NCBI GenBank assembly: GCA_965368975.1
Contig: CBDUPA010000010.1
Span: 185,678-249,677 of the forward strand
DNA from: an uncultured bacterium
GTDB taxonomy: Bacteria > Acidobacteriota > Thermoanaerobaculia > Multivoradales > JAHZIX01
Length of the DNA: 64,000 nt
Direction: 5' to 3'
A program made the position numbers and the translations under genes. The notes beneath the pieces were generated by a model that worked only from the letters and a program-made list of their open reading frames with translations, had not been told where the DNA came from and did no database searches. This document shows positions 58,556 to 64,000 of the stretch, in pieces (the first letter of the stretch is position 1; each line of letters begins with the position of its first letter).

Positions 58556-60867
58556 GGAACGCTCTGCACCTTCGACACCTGGCGCTGCTACCGCTACTGC
58601 TCGCCGTCAGCGGCTGCGACGTCCTGCGCGACGACATCCAGCTCGGCAGCCCGGACTCACTCTGGCTGCTGTGGTTGGTGCCGGCACTCGTCGCCTTCTA
58701 CGTCTACGTCTTTCGTACCAGGACGCGGCTGCTGCGTCGCTTCGCCAGCGCCGGCCTGCTGCCGCGCCTGACCGCCGGGGTCAGCCGCGCACGCCAGGGG
58801 CTCAAGGCAGTCCTGGTGACGGTCGGCCTGACCGCCGCGGTGCTGACGCTGGCCGAGCCACGCTGGGGCTTCACCTGGGAAGAGGTCGAGCGTCAGGGCG
58901 TCGACATCCTGGTCGCCCTCGACGTCTCGGACTCGATGTTGGTCGAAGACGTCGAGAGCGGCGGCGGTCTGTCCCGCCTAGAGCGTGCCAAGCGCGAGAT
59001 CACCGACCTGCTGCGCCTGCTCGAAGGCGACCGCATCGGCCTCGTCGCCTTTGCCGGCACCGCTTTCCTCGAATGCCCGCTGACCCTCGACCACGGCGCC
59101 GCCGAGCTCTTCCTCGACGCCATGGACACCGACCTGATCCCGGTCAAGGGCACCAACCTGGGCGACGCCATCGACACTTCGATGCGCGCCTTCGAAGGCG
59201 GCAACCACACCTCGCAGGCGATCATCCTGATCACCGATGGCGAGGACCACAGCGGCCGCGCCGAAGCCGCCGCCCAGGCCGCCGCCGAGACCGGCGTGCG
59301 CATCTTCACGGTCGGCATCGGCCGCGACGAAGGCGCCCCCATTCCGGCCCCCGGCGGTGGCTTCCGCCGCGACCGCCGCGGCGAGATCGTGCTCAGCCGC
59401 CTCGACGAAACCACCCTGCGCAAGATCGCGGGCGCCACCGGCGGCGCCTACGTGCGCTCGGTCACCGGCGACGTCGACCTCGAACAGATCTATCTGCAAG
59501 GCATCAAGGCTAACCTCGAAGACCGCGAACTGGGCTCACAACGCCGCAAGCGCTGGGAAGAGCGCTTCCAATGGCTGCTCGCCGTCGCCTTGGCGGCCCT
59601 GGTGCTCGAACCCTTGCTTTCCGAACGCCGTAGGATCCCTGCCATGCCCACGACCGACACTCCGCACACCAACGAGCCCACCACGCCAGCCTCCACGCTG
59701 GCCGCCGGCCGTGCGGCAGGAATGCTGCTTCTCTTCCTGCTCATCGCCAGCGTGCCGACCCTGGCGCAGAACGACCCGCAAGGCGATCCTCAGAGCAGTA
59801 CCGGCCAAGCCGCGTCGAGCGACCCTTACGACGTCCCCGTCGACGCGGTACTACCCGAGAACGGTGCCAGCGAAGTACCGACACCACCGCCCGACAATCC
59901 CTACGACGCCTACCAGGGCGGCCACTACCAGGCCGCCCTCGCTGGCTTCACCGACCAGCAAGTCGAGCGTCCCGAAGATCCTCAGCTGTGGCTCAACATC
60001 GGCGCCGCCAACTACAAGATCCGCGACTTCCAGGCCGCCGACACCGCTTTCCACCGCGCCGCTGCCAGCACCGAGCCGGAGATCCGCCACCAGGCTTTCT
60101 ACAACCTGGGCAATAGCGCCTTCCGCCAGGGCAAGCTGGACGAAGCCGTCGAGCACTACAAGGCCGCACTCGACGTCGACCCCGACGACGAGGACGCCAA
60201 GTTCAACCTCGAATACGTGCGCGACGAGATCCGTCGGCGTCACGAAGAAGCCCAGAAGCGGCAGCAGGAACAACAGCAGAACCAACAACAGCAGCAACAG
60301 GGCCAGGATCCACAGGAACAGCAGCAGGGCCAGGACGAGCAACAAGGCCAGGACGAGCAACAGGGCCAGGACGAGCAACAAGGCCAGGACGGCCAGCAGG
60401 GTCAGGACGAGCAGCAGGGTCAGGACGAGCAGCAAGGCCAGCAGGAACAGCAACAAGGCGAGCAAGAGCAGCAGCAAGCCGGCGGCACGGACCGCGACCA
60501 GGACGGTCTGCCCGACGAGATCGAGCGTCAAGGCGCCAATCCCACCGATCCCGACAACCCCGACAGCGACGGTGACGGTCTGCCCGATGGCCTCGAAGAC
60601 CGGAACCAGAACGGTCAGCGCGACGAAGGCGAGACCGACCCCAACAAGGCCGACAGCGACGGTGACGGCACTCCCGACGGCGAGGAAGCCGAAAGCCAGG
60701 CCGCGGCGCAAGCCGCCCAGCGCGCCGCCGAACTGGCCGGCCAGCCGCAGGAAGGCATGACGCCCGAACAGGCCGCGCGCTACCTGCAAGCACTCGAAGA
60801 GGAGCGCCCCGAGGACCCGCGGCGCGGCAAGCGCGTGCGCGGTGCCAGCACGGAGAAGGACTGGTGA
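58552..60867 (+). CDS. batB: BatB-BatC fusion: vWA, TPR, Gln-rich linker, DxDxDG Ca-binding repeats
   Basis: DVSDSM, ITDGED, TPR YNLGN, QGQDEQ repeats, DSDGDG repeats, terminal EKDW. Confidence 0.8.
60325..60432 (+). repeat. 18-bp tandem repeat (6 copies) encoding QGQDEQ
   Basis: CAGGGCCAGGACGAGCAA-type units in direct tandem. Confidence 0.85.
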
Positions 60868-63695
60868 GCCCCTTGCGCAGGACACGCCCCTCGCGACGAG
60901 AACGACGGCGCCTGCTCGGCACGGCCGCCGTCGGCATCGTGCTCGGCATCGTCCTCAGCCTCGGCGTGCTCGCCCTGCTGCTCGTGCCCGCGCCAGCCGC
61001 CGACGCCCAGGACGATCCGCCGGTGCGCGTCACTGTCGACCGCAACCGCGTGCCCCTGGGCGAACCGATCTACCTCAACATCACCATCCGCGGTAGCCGC
61101 GACGCCCGGCCGCAACTGCCCGACCTCTCCGCCTTCCGCGTGCGCAACGCGGGTGAGGCGCGGCAGATCCAGACCATCCAGGGCCGCGCCAGCGTCAGCG
61201 TCACTTACACCTACGTCCTCTTCCCCAAGGCCGCCGGCACCTTCACCATCGACACCGTCAGCGTCGAGCTCGACGGCCGCACCTTCCGCAGCGCACCGTT
61301 CCAAGTGCAGGTCCTGGCCAACGACGCCACGCCGCAGGACGACGACCGCAAGATCTTCGTCACGGCCCAAGTCTCCGACGCCAACCCTTACATCGGCGAG
61401 CAGCTGATCTTCACCTTCCGCTTCTACCTGCTCGAAGACGGCCGCCAGATCCAGCTCGCCAGCCAGCCGCAGCTGCGGCCGGTCAACTACGACGGCTTCA
61501 CCGTCGAGACGCTGGGCGAAGTGCGCAACTACAGCACGACGCTCGAAGGCCGCCCCTACAGTGTCAGCGAGATCCGCCAGGCACTCTTCCCGCAGGAAGA
61601 GGGGACGCTCACTGTGCCTTCCTGGGAGCTTGTGACCGAGGTCGTCGAGCGCTCCACCCGCCGCCGCCGCACCTTCGGCGACTTCTTCGGCCGCGCCGAG
61701 CGCAAGATCCTGCGCACGCGCCCGATCGAGGTCGAAGTCCGCCCCTTGCCGCCCGCACCCGCCGACTACTCCGGCCTGGTCGGCAGCTTCAACGTCCAGG
61801 CTGAATTGCGCAAGCGTCAGCTTAAGGTCGGCGAGAGTGCGACCCTCGAACTGAGCGTGCGCGGCTCGGGCAACGTCGGCCTGATCAGCGAGCCAACCCT
61901 ACCGCCGCTGCCCGAGTTCAAGATCTACGACGACAAGCCCAGCTCCAGCATCGACAAGGACGGTGATCGCCTGCGTGGCCGCAAGACCTACCGCAAGGCC
62001 CTGGTACCGCTGGTCCCCGGTGAGTTGACCATCCCGGCCCTCACCGTCACCTACTTCGACCCCGACGCCGAGCGCTATCGCACCACCGAGACCCAGCCTC
62101 TGACCCTCGAGGTCGCTCCCGGCGACGGTGAGGAAGACCTCGGCCTGACCGAGTTCGTCACCGCTGGAGGCGGCAAGGTGTCGGTCAAGATCCTGGCCAA
62201 CGACATCCTGCCCATCTACCGCGGCCTCGACGCCGTCGCCAGCCCGGCCACGCCGTGGAGCGCGGGGAGCCACTGGGCCTCCGCCTTCTGGGTCGCCGGT
62301 TTCAGCCTACCGATTCTCGGCTTCCTCGCCTTCTGGTGGCGCGAGCGTCGGCAGGACGTCGACCACCACCTGCTGCGCGCCCGCACCGCGCGCAAACAGG
62401 CCAGGGCCCCCTTGCGCGAAGCCCGCGCGCAGCTCGAAGCCGGTGACTCCGGAGCCGGCGGCCCCGAAGCTACCGGATATCGCGCCGCCGCACAGACCGC
62501 CTCGCGCGCGCTGCGCGCCTACATCGGCGACAAGCTGCACGCCGAAGGCACCGCCCTCACCCCCACCGAAGCCGCGGGCTTGCTACAGCAAGCCGGTCTC
62601 GACGACGAGGATCTGCTGCGCGAGGTCCGCCGCGACCTCGAAGCCCTCGACGCCACCCAATACGGCGCCGGCCTCGATGCTGGCGGCGTCCAGGAATGTC
62701 TCGACCGTCTACCAACCCTGCTCGACCGTCTCGAAGCCGCCCTGCGCGGCCGCACTCCCAGCACCCGCGGATCGGTAGCCCGCGCTCTCGCGCTTGGAGC
62801 TGGCGTCTTGCTGCTCGGTGCTCCCGTCGCCGTCCAGGCCCAGGATGTCCCCCCGACGCTCCAGGGTCCGCCCCCCACGCAGGAGGCCGGCACGCCCGAG
62901 ACTCCCGACACCCCAACTCCAGCGGCCCCGTCCACGCCGAGTGCTCCCGAGGCTTCGCAGCCGGTCAGCCAAACGAGTCGACTACCCGTCCCTGCCGCCC
63001 CCAAGATCGACGCCGGCCAGCTCTTCGTCCAGGCCAACACCGCCTACGAGGCCGGTAATGCCGTCGAAGCCGTGCGCCTGTACGAACAGCTCGTCGACGC
63101 CAGCCACCGCGACGGTCGCCTGCTCTACAACCTGGCCAACGCCTACCTGCGCAGCTCGCAACTCGGCGACGCCATCGCCACCTATCGCCAAGCCCACAGC
63201 CTGCTTCCCCGCGATCAAGACATCCTGGCCAACCTCGACTTCGCCCGCCAGAGCACCAAGGACGACATCGCCCCCCCCACCGCCAGCACCGCCCTGCGCA
63301 CCCTCTTTTTCTGGCACTACAGCCTGAGCGTGCGCGAGCTGGCCTGGATCGTCTTGGTGCTGAATCTCCTGTTCTGGTCCGCTCTGGCGCTGCGCAGGCG
63401 CCGTCTGGATTCGGAGATCCTGCGCTGGACGGTGACCGGGTTGTTGGCGTTGCTGCTCGCTGGTGGCGGCTCACTCGCCGCCCATACGCTCTTCCCCGCC
63501 AAGGTCGCGGTGGTGCTGCCAGTCGAGGTGGAAGCCAAATCCGGTACCAGTGTCGACGCGGTGGTGCGCTTCAAGCTGCATGCGGGGACAGAGGTCGAGG
63601 TGGTCGAGCAGCGTCCGGGGTGGGTGCGGATCGCGCTGCCGGATGGGCAGCAGGGGTGGATCGAGGAGGCGGGGGTAGCGGTTGTGGGGTTTTAG
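60864..63695 (+). CDS. batD: BatD-BatE fusion (Ig-like repeats, TM, TPR, SH3-like)
   Basis: BatD repeats (YFDP...Y), then a TPR (YNLANAY...DILANL) and a C-terminal KLHAGTEV...WVRIALPDGQQGWI SH3-like segment. Confidence 0.8.
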   Translation: MSPLRRTRPSRRERRRLLGTAAVGIVLGIVLSLGVLALLLVPAPAADAQDDPPVRVTVDRNRVPLGEPIYLNITIRGSRDARPQLPDLSAFRVRNAGEARQIQTIQGRASVSVTYTYVLFPKAAGTFTIDTVSVELDGRTFRSAPFQVQVLANDATPQDDDRKIFVTAQVSDANPYIGEQLIFTFRFYLLEDGRQIQLASQPQLRPVNYDGFTVETLGEVRNYSTTLEGRPYSVSEIRQALFPQEEGTLTVPSWELVTEVVERSTRRRRTFGDFFGRAERKILRTRPIEVEVRPLPPAPADYSGLVGSFNVQAELRKRQLKVGESATLELSVRGSGNVGLISEPTLPPLPEFKIYDDKPSSSIDKDGDRLRGRKTYRKALVPLVPGELTIPALTVTYFDPDAERYRTTETQPLTLEVAPGDGEEDLGLTEFVTAGGGKVSVKILANDILPIYRGLDAVASPATPWSAGSHWASAFWVAGFSLPILGFLAFWWRERRQDVDHHLLRARTARKQARAPLREARAQLEAGDSGAGGPEATGYRAAAQTASRALRAYIGDKLHAEGTALTPTEAAGLLQQAGLDDEDLLREVRRDLEALDATQYGAGLDAGGVQECLDRLPTLLDRLEAALRGRTPSTRGSVARALALGAGVLLLGAPVAVQAQDVPPTLQGPPPTQEAGTPETPDTPTPAAPSTPSAPEASQPVSQTSRLPVPAAPKIDAGQLFVQANTAYEAGNAVEAVRLYEQLVDASHRDGRLLYNLANAYLRSSQLGDAIATYRQAHSLLPRDQDILANLDFARQSTKDDIAPPTASTALRTLFFWHYSLSVRELAWIVLVLNLLFWSALALRRRRLDSEILRWTVTGLLALLLAGGGSLAAHTLFPAKVAVVLPVEVEAKSGTSVDAVVRFKLHAGTEVEVVEQRPGWVRIALPDGQQGWIEEAGVAVVGF

Positions 63696-63699
63696 GGCT

Positions 63700-64000
63700 T
63701 TAGGCTTCGGAATCGGGTGGAGGTTCGAGGCCTCGTTCTTCGAAGATCTGTCGTAGGGCGGGGATGTACTGCTCGTCGGAGGGGTCGAGGCGCCCAGAGG
63801 TCTTGAGGTCCTGGAGGAGGATCCAGGCTTGCCGGAGATAGGTGGGAGCGGATTCGTCTTCGGAGTTTCCTAGCCTCCAAAGCGAGGCGACGAGGTCCCG
63901 TTGGTAGTCAGCACGGTCGGGCTCGCCTTCCGCTAGACGCTCTCGGATCTCAAGGCTGTTCTGGTAAGCCGTACGGGCCTGTTCACCCTGACCAAGGGCG
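63700..64000 (-). CDS. C-terminal end of a TPR-repeat protein; partial
   Basis: ALGQGEQARTAYQNSLEIRERLAEGEPDRADYQRDLVASL...PPPDSEA*, stop at 63700-63702. Not in the ORF track because its start lies outside the window. Confidence 0.7.
   Translation of the reverse strand, partial: ALGQGEQARTAYQNSLEIRERLAEGEPDRADYQRDLVASLWRLGNSEDESAPTYLRQAWILLQDLKTSGRLDPSDEQYIPALRQIFEERGLEPPPDSEA

Noticed and set aside
60262-60480. Regular repeats considered as a CRISPR array
   Set aside because: They are in-frame coding tandem repeats without unique spacers, and there are no cas genes.

Overview
High-GC bacterial chromosome segment, most likely Acidobacteriota (Thermoanaerobaculia-like). This is inferred from a Cys-rich insert in RpoB, the rplM-rpsI-rpsB-tsf gene order and an IFxDxFESGD C-terminal motif. 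From left to right it holds: a cytochrome b / octaheme HAO-like / napA / tetraheme napB / porin nitrate-respiration operon; a GH13 enzyme; a lower-GC glycoside hydrolase-like + GT-C pair; lipA; the core rplM...frr-rlmB-tRNA-tuf-secE-nusG-rplKAJL-rpoBC cluster on the minus strand; folD; a CoaE-ITPase fusion; an accessory/defence-like island (NACHT-FGE protein, broken higBA loci, Mrr-like nuclease with TM helices); transport and metabolism genes; and a sigma54-preceded MoxR/Bat operon with several gene fusions. The most striking unexplained signal is five small stand-alone genes at 6.2, 15.2, 41.7, 42.1 and 43.2 kb. They share a basic KLxLxRETLxxL leader ending in a GG/GA/AG site and have hypervariable Cys/Ser/Thr-rich cores. 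Each has its own RBS and a downstream hairpin, but no modifying enzyme lies in the window. They look like a genome-dispersed RiPP precursor library processed in trans.
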